From: Frankiales bacterium
GTDB lineage: Bacteria; Actinomycetota; Actinomycetes; Mycobacteriales; Jatrophihabitantaceae
Reading direction: 5' to 3'
Assembly (NCBI GenBank): GCA_025966315.1
Contig: JAOPUZ010000068.1
Location: forward strand, 52,834 to 116,833
DNA length: 64,000 nt
Shown piece after piece: positions 50,051 through 58,755 of this stretch. Within the stretch, counting starts at the first letter, position 1. Every line of letters starts with the position of its first letter. The translations under genes were made by a program, and so were the position numbers. Below the pieces are notes generated by a model. That model worked only from the letters and a program-made list of their open reading frames with translations. It was not told where the DNA came from and ran no database searches.

Positions 50051-50250
50051 AACGGAGCCAGCCTCGAATACTTCTGTCCTTCGTGATCACGGGACAGTCC
50101 GATGACCACGCGTGACGTTTCGCGATGACCTCCCGGCAGATTCAGTGACGAGCTGTACGAGAGACCTCCCCCATCGAGTTTCAGCCCGGCGCCACCGCGA
50201 TGCTCCATCGTCGGAGCGCCTCACAGGGAGACAGGTAAAGCATTCCCAGA

Positions 50251-53148
50251 TCAGCTGCAGCCGGACGTGCTTCCGCAGCCTTCGCAGAGGAAGCACGAGC
50301 CTGCGCGCTGCATCTTGGTGCCGCAATTCATGCAGAGCGGCGCATCAGCAGAGGCACCCATCATTGACTCGATCAGCTCGGCCGAGGACCGCGCGATGGT
50401 TACTTCGGACACCGTGTCCGATTTCAGTTCCGGCTTGACCTGTACGGGCGCCGATTGGGCGAGCGTTTCGAGATCGTCCTCAGTGACCTCGTCAACCGGT
50501 GTGTAGCTGCCGGTGTCGAGTTCGCGAGCACGCTCCTCCGCGGTGTGAATGCCCATTGCCGAACGGGTTTCGAAAGGCAGGTAGTCCAGGGCAAGGCGGC
50601 GGAAAATGTAGTCCACGATCGACTGTGCCATTCGAATATCCGGGTCGTCCGTCAACCCGGCCGGCTCGAATCGCATGTTGGTGAACTTGGAAACGTAGGT
50701 CTCCAAAGGAACGCCGTGCTGCAGCGCGATCGAGATCGCGATCGAGAAGGCATCCATGACGCCGGCCAGGGTGGACCCCTGCTTGCCCAGCTTGAGGAAT
50801 ACCTCACCTAGACCGTCGTCCGGGTACGAGCCAGCGGTCAAGTAACCCTCGGCGCCACCGACCGAGAATGACACCGTCTGGGACGGGCGTGACTTTGGCA
50901 GGCGCTTGCGGATCGGGCGATATTCCACCGTCGGTGCTGGGACCTCCGCCGTCTCGGTCCGCTTTGCTTGCTTGCCGGCCGAAAGCGGTTGGCCGACCTT
51001 GCAGTTGTCCCGATAGACCGCGAGCGCCTTCAGGCCGAGCTTCCAGCCCTGGAAATAGACGTCCGCGATGTCCGCGACCGTTGCCGTCTCAGGCAGATTG
51101 ACGGTCTTCGAGATCGCGCCGGACAGGAAGGGTTGGGTTGCCGCCATCATCCGGACGTGGCCCATTGCCCGAATGGAACGCTTGCCCATCGCGCAGTCGA
51201 AGACCTCGTAGTGCTCGGTCTTCAAGCCAGGCGCCCCGTCGACATGGCCGTGTTCGCCGATGAACTCGACGATTGCTTCCACCTGTTCCTGCTGGTAACC
51301 CAGTACCCGCAGCGCACGCGGCACTGTCTGGTTCACGATCTGCATCGAGCCACCGCCGACGAGCTTCTTGAACTTGACCAAGGCGAGGTCGGGCTCGATA
51401 CCAGTCGTATCGCAATCCATCATCAGACCGATCGTGCCGGTCGGTGCCAACACCGAGGCCTGGGCATTGCGCCAACCGTTGATCGCGCCGAGTTCGTTGC
51501 CCTTCGCCCATTCGCGAGTGGCGCTGGCCAGCACGGACTTGTCGGCATCGTGCAGCGAACGCACCGCGTCGTTGGCCGCAGCATGCTTGCGCATGACCCG
51601 GGCGTGGGCAGTGGCGTTGCGTGCGTAGCCCTCATACGGTCCGACGATGCCGGCCAACTCGGCCGACCGGCGGTACGCAGTGCCAGTCATCAGTGAGGTG
51701 ATCGCCGCGGCGAGAGTCCGGCCGCCTTCGGAGTCATAGCCACGACCGGTGGCCATCAACAGTGCGCCGAGGTTCGCGTAACCGATGCCGAGCTGACGGT
51801 ATGCGCGGGTGTTCACGCCGATCGCCTCGGTCGGGAAGTCGGCGAAACAGATCGAGATGTCCATCGCCGTGATGATCACTTCAACGGCCTTGACGAACTT
51901 GACCGAGTCGAAGGTGTTGTCCTCGTTGAGGAACTTCAACAGGTTCAGCGACGCCAGGTTGCAGGAGGTGTTGTCCAGGCTCATGTATTCCGAGCACGGG
52001 TTCGACGCCGTGATTCGACCCGACTCGGGGTTGGTGTGCCAGTCGTTGATCGTGTCGTCGTACTGGATGCCCGGGTCGGCGCACTCCCAGGCGGCCAGCG
52101 CGACTTTATTGAATAGTTCCTTCGCGTCGACGGTCTCGATAACGGCATTGGTCTCGCGCGCCCGAAGCCCGAACTCGGAGCCCTCTTCGACGGCACGCAT
52201 GAACTCATCCGAGACACGAACCGAGTTGTTGGCGTTCTGATATTGAACCGACGTGATGTCGGCTCCGCCGAGATCCATGTCGAAGCCGGCGTCCCGCAGC
52301 ACCCGGATCTTGTCTTCCTCGCGAGCCTTGGTCTCGACGAACTCAACGATGTCGGGATGGTCGATGTCGAGCACGACCATCTTCGCTGCGCGACGTGTTG
52401 CGCCACCGGACTTGATCGTGCCTGCAGATGCGTCCGCACCGCGCATGAAACTCACCGGACCTGAGGCGGTCCCGCCGGAAGACAACAGCTCTTTGGACGA
52501 GCGGATGCGGGAGAGGTTCAGCCCCGCGCCCGATCCGCCCTTGAAGATCAATCCTTCTTCGCGGTACCAGTTGAGGATCGAGTCCATCGTGTCATCCACG
52601 GCGAGGATGAAGCAGGCGGACACCTGCTGGGGAGACGTCGTGCCGACGTTGAACCAGACCGGTGAGTTGAAACTGAACACCTGGTGCATCAGCATCCAGG
52701 TGAGTTCGTGTTCGAACGCCTCTGCGTCTGCGGCCGAAGCGAAGTAGCCGTGCAGGTCGCCCGCTACGCGATATTTGCCGACGACGCGGTCAATCAACTG
52801 CTTGAGTGACCATTCCCGCTGGGTCGTACCAACAGCGCCGCGAAAGTACTTCGTGGTGACGATGTTGGCCGCGTTGACGGACCAGAACGTGGGGAATTCG
52901 ACGCCACGCTGCTCGAAGTTGACGGACCCATCCCGCCAGTTGGTCATCACGACATCACGTCGTTCCCAGTCGACCTCGTCGTATGGGTGTACGCCCGCCG
53001 TGGTGTAGACACGTTCCACCGACAGACCGTTGACGGGATAGTTGATGTCACCGACGCTCGACTGCTTGGACTGGCCTTGCTTGGGCGCAGGGCTGGACTT
53101 CGCGGAGCCTCTGGACCCGGCGGAGCCGCCTTCGACAACTTCGGTCAT
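50251..53148 (-). CDS. nrdJ: adenosylcobalamin-dependent (class II) ribonucleotide reductase
   Basis: 965 aa. N-terminus ...ERVYTTAGVHPYDEVDWERRD..., catalytic NPCSEY, and a C-terminal Zn-finger CMNCGTKM...CFLCEGCG. Confidence 0.95.
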   Translation of the reverse strand: MTEVVEGGSAGSRGSAKSSPAPKQGQSKQSSVGDINYPVNGLSVERVYTTAGVHPYDEVDWERRDVVMTNWRDGSVNFEQRGVEFPTFWSVNAANIVTTKYFRGAVGTTQREWSLKQLIDRVVGKYRVAGDLHGYFASAADAEAFEHELTWMLMHQVFSFNSPVWFNVGTTSPQQVSACFILAVDDTMDSILNWYREEGLIFKGGSGAGLNLSRIRSSKELLSSGGTASGPVSFMRGADASAGTIKSGGATRRAAKMVVLDIDHPDIVEFVETKAREEDKIRVLRDAGFDMDLGGADITSVQYQNANNSVRVSDEFMRAVEEGSEFGLRARETNAVIETVDAKELFNKVALAAWECADPGIQYDDTINDWHTNPESGRITASNPCSEYMSLDNTSCNLASLNLLKFLNEDNTFDSVKFVKAVEVIITAMDISICFADFPTEAIGVNTRAYRQLGIGYANLGALLMATGRGYDSEGGRTLAAAITSLMTGTAYRRSAELAGIVGPYEGYARNATAHARVMRKHAAANDAVRSLHDADKSVLASATREWAKGNELGAINGWRNAQASVLAPTGTIGLMMDCDTTGIEPDLALVKFKKLVGGGSMQIVNQTVPRALRVLGYQQEQVEAIVEFIGEHGHVDGAPGLKTEHYEVFDCAMGKRSIRAMGHVRMMAATQPFLSGAISKTVNLPETATVADIADVYFQGWKLGLKALAVYRDNCKVGQPLSAGKQAKRTETAEVPAPTVEYRPIRKRLPKSRPSQTVSFSVGGAEGYLTAGSYPDDGLGEVFLKLGKQGSTLAGVMDAFSIAISIALQHGVPLETYVSKFTNMRFEPAGLTDDPDIRMAQSIVDYIFRRLALDYLPFETRSAMGIHTAEERARELDTGSYTPVDEVTEDDLETLAQSAPVQVKPELKSDTVSEVTIARSSAELIESMMGASADAPLCMNCGTKMQRAGSCFLCEGCGSTSGCS

Positions 53149-53189
53149 AGCTCGATGTTCCCTTTCGCTTGGTGATGATGGGCTGAGTT

Positions 53190-53675
53190 CTAGGCGTCGG
53201 TGGACGCATCCGGGTGCGGACCGGCAGGCCGATGTTCGGAGCGCAGCTCGCCGATTGCTTTTTCGAAATCGTCGATCGAGCTGAATGACTGATACACGCT
53301 GGCGAATCGCAGGTAAGCCACTTCGTCGAGAGCGCGCAGCGGGCCAAGGATGGCAAGACCGACTTCTGGCGCCGGAACTTCGGCGGCGCCAGTAGCGCGA
53401 ATGGTTTCTTCGACGGTCTGGGCGAGTTGGGCCAGCGCGTCTTCATCGACGGGGCGACCTTGGCACGCACGCCGCACTCCGTTGATGACCTTCATACGAC
53501 TGAACGGCTCCGTCACGCCGCTGCGCTTGATGACGGCGAGCGTCGCCTCTTCAACCGTGGTGAATCGACGGCCGCATTCGGGGCAGCTTCGCCGGCGGCG
53601 AATGGACTGGCCCTCGTCCTGTTCGCGTGAATCGACGACTCGGGAGTCCGGGAAGCGGCAATACGGACAGCGCAT
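53190..53675 (-). CDS. nrdR: transcriptional repressor NrdR
   Basis: [17 protein letters not shown]...[10 protein letters not shown] zinc ribbon plus an ATP-cone. 41 bp upstream of nrdJ. Confidence 0.95.
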   Translation of the reverse strand: MRCPYCRFPDSRVVDSREQDEGQSIRRRRSCPECGRRFTTVEEATLAVIKRSGVTEPFSRMKVINGVRRACQGRPVDEDALAQLAQTVEETIRATGAAEVPAPEVGLAILGPLRALDEVAYLRFASVYQSFSSIDDFEKAIGELRSEHRPAGPHPDASTDA

Positions 53676-53800
53676 CGACTCCGCCCTCTCTCCTAGAACT
53701 GTCGTTGGAATATCGGTCGAACGGCGACGCCTGTTGACAAGGTTGGGGATGACCGGTGGATAGGTGACGCCAACCTGTTGATGGCGTGTGGACCCAGCAA

Positions 53801-53816
53801 CCCCAACTTGTGGACA
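53801..53816. promoter_or_regulatory. candidate NrdR box (weaker)
   Basis: CCCCAACTTGTGGACA is a partial match to the palindromic acaCwAtATaTwGtgt consensus. Its centre is 32 bp from the stronger box. Confidence 0.35.
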
Positions 53817-53832
53817 AAGAACATCGGTGCAA

Positions 53833-53848
53833 CTACTACATGTAGGGG
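53833..53848. promoter_or_regulatory. candidate NrdR box (stronger)
   Basis: CTACTACATGTAGGGG contains the perfect 10-bp palindrome CTACATGTAG, which fits CwAtATaTwG at 8 of 10 positions. It lies about 160 bp upstream of the nrdR start. Confidence 0.5.
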
Positions 53849-53966
53849 TAACGCTAGAACCTGGCCACAACTTCCGCAAGCGGCGACACTCCGTAGGTTT
53901 GATCGAAATTCATGGCTCGTGCCCACTAGCGAACTGTGATCGCCGCGCGCGCGTCGATATAACCCT

Positions 53967-54461
53967 CTACGAGATCTTGAGAGTTTGGCCAGGACTAAGC
54001 GCGGTGGCACCGCTCAGGCCATTGCGTTCTTCGATGTCGTGCACGACGCGGCGAGGATCTTGGTTCGGCGCCACTTGTTGCGCAATGGACCAAAGGGTGT
54101 CGCCAGGTTCAACCACTACGGCCGAGACCACTGGTGCCTTCGGCGTCGCAGGCGCTGACTGGTGAGCGACCAGGAGCATGAACGCACCGATGAGTGCCAC
54201 CGCTGTCAAGACGACCAGCCGGCCCCGTGCGGTCAGCCGCACGGCCGAACGCGCAGCGCGGTAGGAATCACGCTCGCTTGCCAGGGCATCCAGGCAAGGG
54301 TCGGCGTACAGCAACGCATCTGTCGCCAGCTCCTCGTCGAGATCGAGGGGCGCCCATTGCGCCGGCACCGCCGATAGATGGCGCGGTCGCACCGGCCGCA
54401 CAGCCGGGCGTGCGCGCTCGGGAATGAAGACCTCGGGCGCGAACTCGCTAGCAACGGACAT
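53967..54461 (-). CDS. LysM-domain membrane protein (SOS-associated cell-wall protein, Rv2719c-like)
   Basis: One TM helix and a C-terminal LysM ([16 protein letters not shown]...[10 protein letters not shown]). Divergent from lexA. ATG 54461 follows AAGGAGGAGG. Confidence 0.85.
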   Translation of the reverse strand: MSVASEFAPEVFIPERARPAVRPVRPRHLSAVPAQWAPLDLDEELATDALLYADPCLDALASERDSYRAARSAVRLTARGRLVVLTAVALIGAFMLLVAHQSAPATPKAPVVSAVVVEPGDTLWSIAQQVAPNQDPRRVVHDIEERNGLSGATALSPGQTLKIS

Positions 54462-54496
54462 GATGTCTACCTCCTCCTTGTTCGACGCCGCTCGCG

Positions 54497-54512
54497 TCGA
54501 ACAAACGTTCGA
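54497..54512. promoter_or_regulatory. LexA (SOS) box 1
   Basis: TCGAACAAACGTTCGA is a perfect match to the actinobacterial TCGAAC-N4-GTTCGA consensus. Confidence 0.85.
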
Positions 54513-54528
54513 TCGAACGCCTGTACGA
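54513..54528. promoter_or_regulatory. LexA (SOS) box 2
   Basis: TCGAACGCCTGTACGA has one mismatch and directly abuts box 1. Confidence 0.7.
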
Positions 54529-54657
54529 ATTTCTACTACAGGGGTCCGACAACCGCCAGCAGAACGACACACCGAATCGAACAGGTGTTTGAATTGTTAC
54601 GCCGGGCGGGATACCGTTCGCCCTAACAGCCCGGAACATGAGCACCTAGGAGTCACC

Positions 54658-55425
54658 GTGGATCAGACGGCAGCAACCGCCCCTACGCCCAAGAAAAAGG
54701 GCCAGCGGGCACTTGGCAGGCCCAAGAACAGCACGATCGCCGAGCTTCCTGACGTCGACAATGCGGATCACGGCGACGGTCTCACTGCTCGACAGCGCGT
54801 GATCTTGACGGTCATTCGGGATTCCGTCGAGAAGCGGGGTTATCCGCCGAGTATGCGCGAGATCTGTGACGCAGCGGGCCTGGCATCGACGTCCAGCGTG
54901 AGCCACCAACTCGCGGTGCTCGAACAGAAAGGGTTCATCCGACGGGACCCGAACCGGCCACGCGCGCTGGACGTCCGCTCCCCCGATGACCTCGGCAATG
55001 CCGCTGCGCTGCATCCGGTAGGCGATGACGCATTAAACGCGGCGAACCCGACGCCGGTCATGGTGCCGGTGATCGGTCGCATCGCCGCGGGTGGACCGAT
55101 CCTCGCCGAACAACTGGTCGAAGAAGTCTTCCCGCTGCCCCGCTCCCTGGTGGGTGAGGGAACGCTCTACATGCTGAAGGTTCAAGGCGATTCGATGATC
55201 GATGCCGCGATAGCCGACGGTGACTGGGTTGTGGTCCGCCAGCAACCGAACGCCGACAACGGGGACATCGTGGCCGCCATGATTGACGGCGAAGCTACCG
55301 TCAAGACGTTCCGCAAGCACGACGGGCACGTGCTGCTAATCCCACAGAACCCGGCGTACGCGCCGATTCCCGGCGACCAGGCCAGCATTCTTGGCAAGGT
55401 AGTGGCGGTGCTGCGGAAGGTCTGA
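54658..55425 (+). CDS. lexA: SOS repressor LexA
   Basis: [28 protein letters not shown] winged HTH and an S24 peptidase domain ([26 protein letters not shown]). GTG 54658 follows AGGAG. Confidence 0.95.
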   Translation: MDQTAATAPTPKKKGQRALGRPKNSTIAELPDVDNADHGDGLTARQRVILTVIRDSVEKRGYPPSMREICDAAGLASTSSVSHQLAVLEQKGFIRRDPNRPRALDVRSPDDLGNAAALHPVGDDALNAANPTPVMVPVIGRIAAGGPILAEQLVEEVFPLPRSLVGEGTLYMLKVQGDSMIDAAIADGDWVVVRQQPNADNGDIVAAMIDGEATVKTFRKHDGHVLLIPQNPAYAPIPGDQASILGKVVAVLRKV

Positions 55426-55437
55426 GAGGACCACGGA

Positions 55438-55452
55438 AAGGCGAAACGCCTT
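55438..55452. terminator. short stem-loop after lexA
   Basis: AAGGCG-aaa-CGCCTT is followed by CTT. It is weak and could act on both strands. Confidence 0.35.
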
Positions 55453-55550
55453 CTTGCGCGGAGCCCCTTCTTATGCGCGGCTCAGTGTCAGAACAGGACC
55501 AGCTGCGCCAGCCGGTGACGATCGCGCACCGGGATGCTCAGCAACCTCGG

Positions 55551-55591
55551 GATCAGCTGGCCCTGGATCAGCTGGCCCTGGATCAGCTGGC
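55551..55591. repeat. 2.7 tandem copies of 15-bp unit GATCAGCTGGCCCTG
   Basis: Exact copies at 55551-65 and 55566-80, with a partial copy at 55581-91. Confidence 0.9.
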
Positions 55592-55648
55592 TCGACTCCG
55601 TGCGGGGTAGCCGTAGCCGTCGATCGAACACCCACGATCGACCAGCAA

Positions 55649-55679
55649 TGGACAGATCATTCACGACTGGACAGATCAT
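55649..55679. repeat. 12-bp direct repeat TGGACAGATCAT x2 (19-bp period)
   Basis: Exact copies at 55649-60 and 55668-79. Confidence 0.9.
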
Positions 55680-55689
55680 GCAGAACTTA

Positions 55690-55729
55690 TCAGGACTGCT
55701 CAGGACTGCTCAGGACTGCTCAGGACTGC
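55690..55729. repeat. four head-to-tail copies of 10-bp unit TCAGGACTGC
   Basis: Exact 4x tandem array. The tatA stop codon (55720-22, minus strand) lies in the unit nearest the gene. Confidence 0.9.
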
Positions 55730-56124
55730 GGACGCTGCTCGCTGGCAACGCCGCCGTTGACGTGCGCTCCATTGCTGGCGCCGTTAACGGCGTTGCCGTT
55801 GTCTACGACAGTCCCATCCGCGGCGACGATCGGCACGCTCGAAACGACAGGCACGGGGGGCGTTGGCGTGATGAGCGTTGACCCCGGTGCGGGCGGGGCC
55901 GGCGGCGCCTGCACTGGTGGGGGCGCGGCCTCGGTCTCGGCCGGCTTTTCGGCGGCATCGCGCGCCGAGTCGTCGTCGTTCAGGCCCTTCATCTCAGTCT
56001 TGAAGATTCGAAGCGAGCGGCCAACGGAGCGTGTGATGTCGGGCAGTTTCTTGTACCCGAACAGGAGCAGCACCACGACGGCGAGCACTACCCAGTGCGA
56101 TGGACGTTCCATACCACTGAACAT
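55720..56124 (-). CDS. tatA: TatA/E-family twin-arginine translocase subunit with long low-complexity tail
   Basis: HWVVLAVVVLLLFGYKKLPDITRSVGRSLRIFKTEMKG is the TM plus amphipathic helix signature. ATG 56124 follows GGGAGAG. About 85 aa of Pro/Ala/Val/Asn-rich tail. Confidence 0.8.
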   Translation of the reverse strand: MFSGMERPSHWVVLAVVVLLLFGYKKLPDITRSVGRSLRIFKTEMKGLNDDDSARDAAEKPAETEAAPPPVQAPPAPPAPGSTLITPTPPVPVVSSVPIVAADGTVVDNGNAVNGASNGAHVNGGVASEQRPQS

Positions 56125-56328
56125 GACAACTCTCCCAGGATCCTCGACAACAGGGCGGGTGCTTTGCGAAGGCGAACCGGCGTGGCACATCTACCGGCGC
56201 AGATAAGGCCCTCGACACCTACCAGCCTGAGACTACGCGGAGCCGAGCACAATCGAACGGATCGGTTGAGTGCGTTACCTGATATTTCTCAACGGTTCGC
56301 TTACTGCTAGGCGCTTGCTATCTGCGTG

Positions 56329-57831
56329 CTACGTACTACGAGCGGCCTGTACCGCCGCATAACCGTTCAGTGCCGCGGCCAGATCTAACCGCACGCGCGC
56401 CTGGATCAAGGTCCCCTCGCCGGTGTGATCTTCGGACAGAACCTCACCATCGGCATGGATGCGAGCAACCAAATCGCCCCGGGTGTACGGAATGAGTGCC
56501 GTGACCGATTCCGAAGGCCTCGGCAAGCCGGCCTCGATGACGTGGCGCAGTTCGTCGAGGCCCAAGCCGGTACGGGCCGACACAAACAGAGCGGTTGGCA
56601 CCAAGCTCCGTAGCCGAAGCTGCGTCTCGGCGTCCGCCGCGTCAACTTTGTTGAACACAATCTGCTCCGGGACCGACGTCGCATCGATGTCGGTGAGAAC
56701 CTCATGAACGGCGCGGATCTGCGCCTCCGGATCGGAATCGGATGCATCCACGACGTGCAGGATCAAATCTGCCTCGGCGACTTCTTCCAGCGTGGAACGA
56801 AACGCCTCGATCAATTCGTGCGGCAGGTGACGAACAAACCCCACCGTGTCGGCGAGTGTGAAGACTCGGCCGTCATCCGTCTCCGAGCGCCGGACGGTCG
56901 GATCCAGCGTTGCGAACAACGCGTTCTCGACGAGCACACCGGCGCCCGTGAGCTGATTCAGGAGCGAGGATTTGCCCGCGTTGGTGTACCCGGCCAGCAC
57001 CACGGACGGGATGCGATTGCGGTCCCGGCGAGAACGCTTGACGTCGCGAGCGGTCTTCATGCCGGCGATCTCTTTGCGCAGTTTCGCCATTCGCGCGGTG
57101 ATGCGGCGTCGATCGATTTCGAGCTTGGTCTCACCCGGTCCCCGACCGCCTATCCCGACACCGCCCGCTGCCCGGCCACCAACCTGCCGGGAGAGAGATT
57201 CACCCCAACCGCGTAACCGCGGCACCAAGTACTGCAACTGAGCCAATTCAACCTGCGCCTTGCCCTCACGCGATCGAGCGTGCTGGGCAAAGATGTCCAG
57301 AATCAACGCCGTGCGGTCCACGACCTTGACCTTGACCACCTCTTCGAGCTGGCGCAGCTGACCGGGCGCCAGTTCACCGTCACAGATGACGGTGTCCGCG
57401 CCGGTGGCATGAACGATGTCGCGAAGCTCCTTGGCCTTGCCGGAGCCGATGTAGGTCGCGGTGTCAGGGCGATCGCGGCGTTGGATGATGCCGTCGAGCA
57501 CCTCCGACCCGGCCGTCTCGGCCAACGACGCCAGCTCGCGCAGCGAGTTCTCGGCGTCGACCAGACTTCCGCTCGTCCACACCCCGACCAGGACGACGCG
57601 TTCCAAGCGGAGTTGGCGATATTCGACCTCGGTGACATCGGTCAGCTCAGTCGACAGACCCGCGACTCGGCGCAATGCCGCGCGATCGGAGAGGTCGTAC
57701 TCGCCCAACGTGTAGTCGGGCGCTTCCGAATCCTCCGACGGGTTCAAGTTGAACCCGTCGCCGAGTTCGGGTTCGGCGTTGGTCAAGCGGGCGTTGTCTC
57801 GGTCAGCAGTCATTAGCATCCATGGTGTCAC
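56329..57831 (-). CDS. hflX: GTPase HflX
   Basis: HflX N-domain plus G-domain (GYTNAGKSSLLN, DTVGF, NKVD). The exact start is uncertain. Confidence 0.95.
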   Translation of the reverse strand: MTPWMLMTADRDNARLTNAEPELGDGFNLNPSEDSEAPDYTLGEYDLSDRAALRRVAGLSTELTDVTEVEYRQLRLERVVLVGVWTSGSLVDAENSLRELASLAETAGSEVLDGIIQRRDRPDTATYIGSGKAKELRDIVHATGADTVICDGELAPGQLRQLEEVVKVKVVDRTALILDIFAQHARSREGKAQVELAQLQYLVPRLRGWGESLSRQVGGRAAGGVGIGGRGPGETKLEIDRRRITARMAKLRKEIAGMKTARDVKRSRRDRNRIPSVVLAGYTNAGKSSLLNQLTGAGVLVENALFATLDPTVRRSETDDGRVFTLADTVGFVRHLPHELIEAFRSTLEEVAEADLILHVVDASDSDPEAQIRAVHEVLTDIDATSVPEQIVFNKVDAADAETQLRLRSLVPTALFVSARTGLGLDELRHVIEAGLPRPSESVTALIPYTRGDLVARIHADGEVLSEDHTGEGTLIQARVRLDLAAALNGYAAVQAARST

Positions 57832-57861
57832 CTCGAGCGCTTCGCGGCGACGATATTTCGC

Positions 57862-58755
57862 TCAGCGGTGCTCCACCAACCACGATTCGGCTAAATGAAC
57901 ACGGCCCACGATCACGGCGGGACCGGTCAGCCGAATGGATCCGGTCGCGGTCCACGACACCCGGCACTCGCCGCCGGGAACTTCGACGATCCATTCCCCC
58001 GATCCGGTGAGCTCACCGGCCAGTGCCACCACGGCCGCACAGATCCCAGTGCCGCAGGACAGCGTCTCGCCCACGCCGCGTTCGAAGACTCGCATCCGCA
58101 GTCGCTGGTCGGCCGCCGGCCCTAGTCGCACGACAAACTCGACGTTCTGTCCGTCCGGCCGGCGTGGCTCCACAACCGGGCTGCTGACCAGCTCGAGTTC
58201 AGCGAGGACGTCGGTGTCGTCCAATTCGACGACTACGTGCGGATTAGGAACATCCACCGCAACGCCCCGCCACGAGCCGGCGAACCCGGCCAGCGAAACC
58301 TGGTGAGTGTCGCCGACGGTGGCCGGGCCCATGTCGACCGACACCTCGTCGAGGCCGATGCTGACCGACCGCGCACCGCCACGCGTCGCGATGACCGCTT
58401 CCCGCCCGATCAAGCCGCGGCGGTGCAGTTGGCACGCGAACAGCCGGGCCCCGTTACCGCACATCTCGGCAATGGAGCCGTCGGCATTGCGGTAGTCCAT
58501 GAAGAATTCGGCGTGATCGGCCTGCGCCAGCACGTCCGGTTCGGTAGCGACAGCCGTCCGCACGATCCGCAGAACCCCGTCGGCGCCGACTCCGGTGTGG
58601 CGGTCACACAGCGCCCGCACGAACGAGGCCGACAGCGACAACGCCCCGTTGAGATCCTCGATGACCACGAAGTCGTTTCCGGTGCCGTGTCCTTTCAGCA
58701 CATCGAGCCCACTCGGAGCGCTGTGCTGGGTATCGGGCGTGCTCATCGGGCTCAT
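57862..58755 (-). CDS. dapF: diaminopimelate epimerase
   Basis: GHGTGNDFVV, catalytic Cys motifs MCGNGAR and SCGTG. Confidence 0.95.
   Translation of the reverse strand: MSPMSTPDTQHSAPSGLDVLKGHGTGNDFVVIEDLNGALSLSASFVRALCDRHTGVGADGVLRIVRTAVATEPDVLAQADHAEFFMDYRNADGSIAEMCGNGARLFACQLHRRGLIGREAVIATRGGARSVSIGLDEVSVDMGPATVGDTHQVSLAGFAGSWRGVAVDVPNPHVVVELDDTDVLAELELVSSPVVEPRRPDGQNVEFVVRLGPAADQRLRMRVFERGVGETLSCGTGICAAVVALAGELTGSGEWIVEVPGGECRVSWTATGSIRLTGPAVIVGRVHLAESWLVEHR

Noticed and set aside
50251-53148. Possible intein or other insertion in nrdJ.
   Set aside because: 965 aa is, as I recall, the normal size of actinobacterial class II RNRs. The sequence is continuous, with no intein block motifs seen.
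55621-55641. SOS-box-like sequence TCGAACACCCACGATCGA in the lexA-tatA spacer.
   Set aside because: The half-site spacing is 6 rather than 4, and the second half-site is GATCGA rather than GTTCGA. It is unlikely to be a LexA site.
55690-55729. 10-bp tandem array as a slipped-strand phase-variation switch for TatA.
   Set aside because: In the tatA frame the stop codon falls in the first unit encountered. Changing the copy number therefore cannot alter the TatA protein, although an effect on the downstream ORF or RNA remains possible.
55551-55729. Possible CRISPR array.
   Set aside because: The repeats are short (10-15 bp) and head-to-tail without spacers. No cas genes are present in the window.
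56191-56328. Weak inverted repeat GTTGAG...CTCAAC and an SOS-like half-site upstream of tatA.
   Set aside because: The stem is only 6 bp with an 18-nt loop. The LexA half-site match is poor and not distinguishable from chance.
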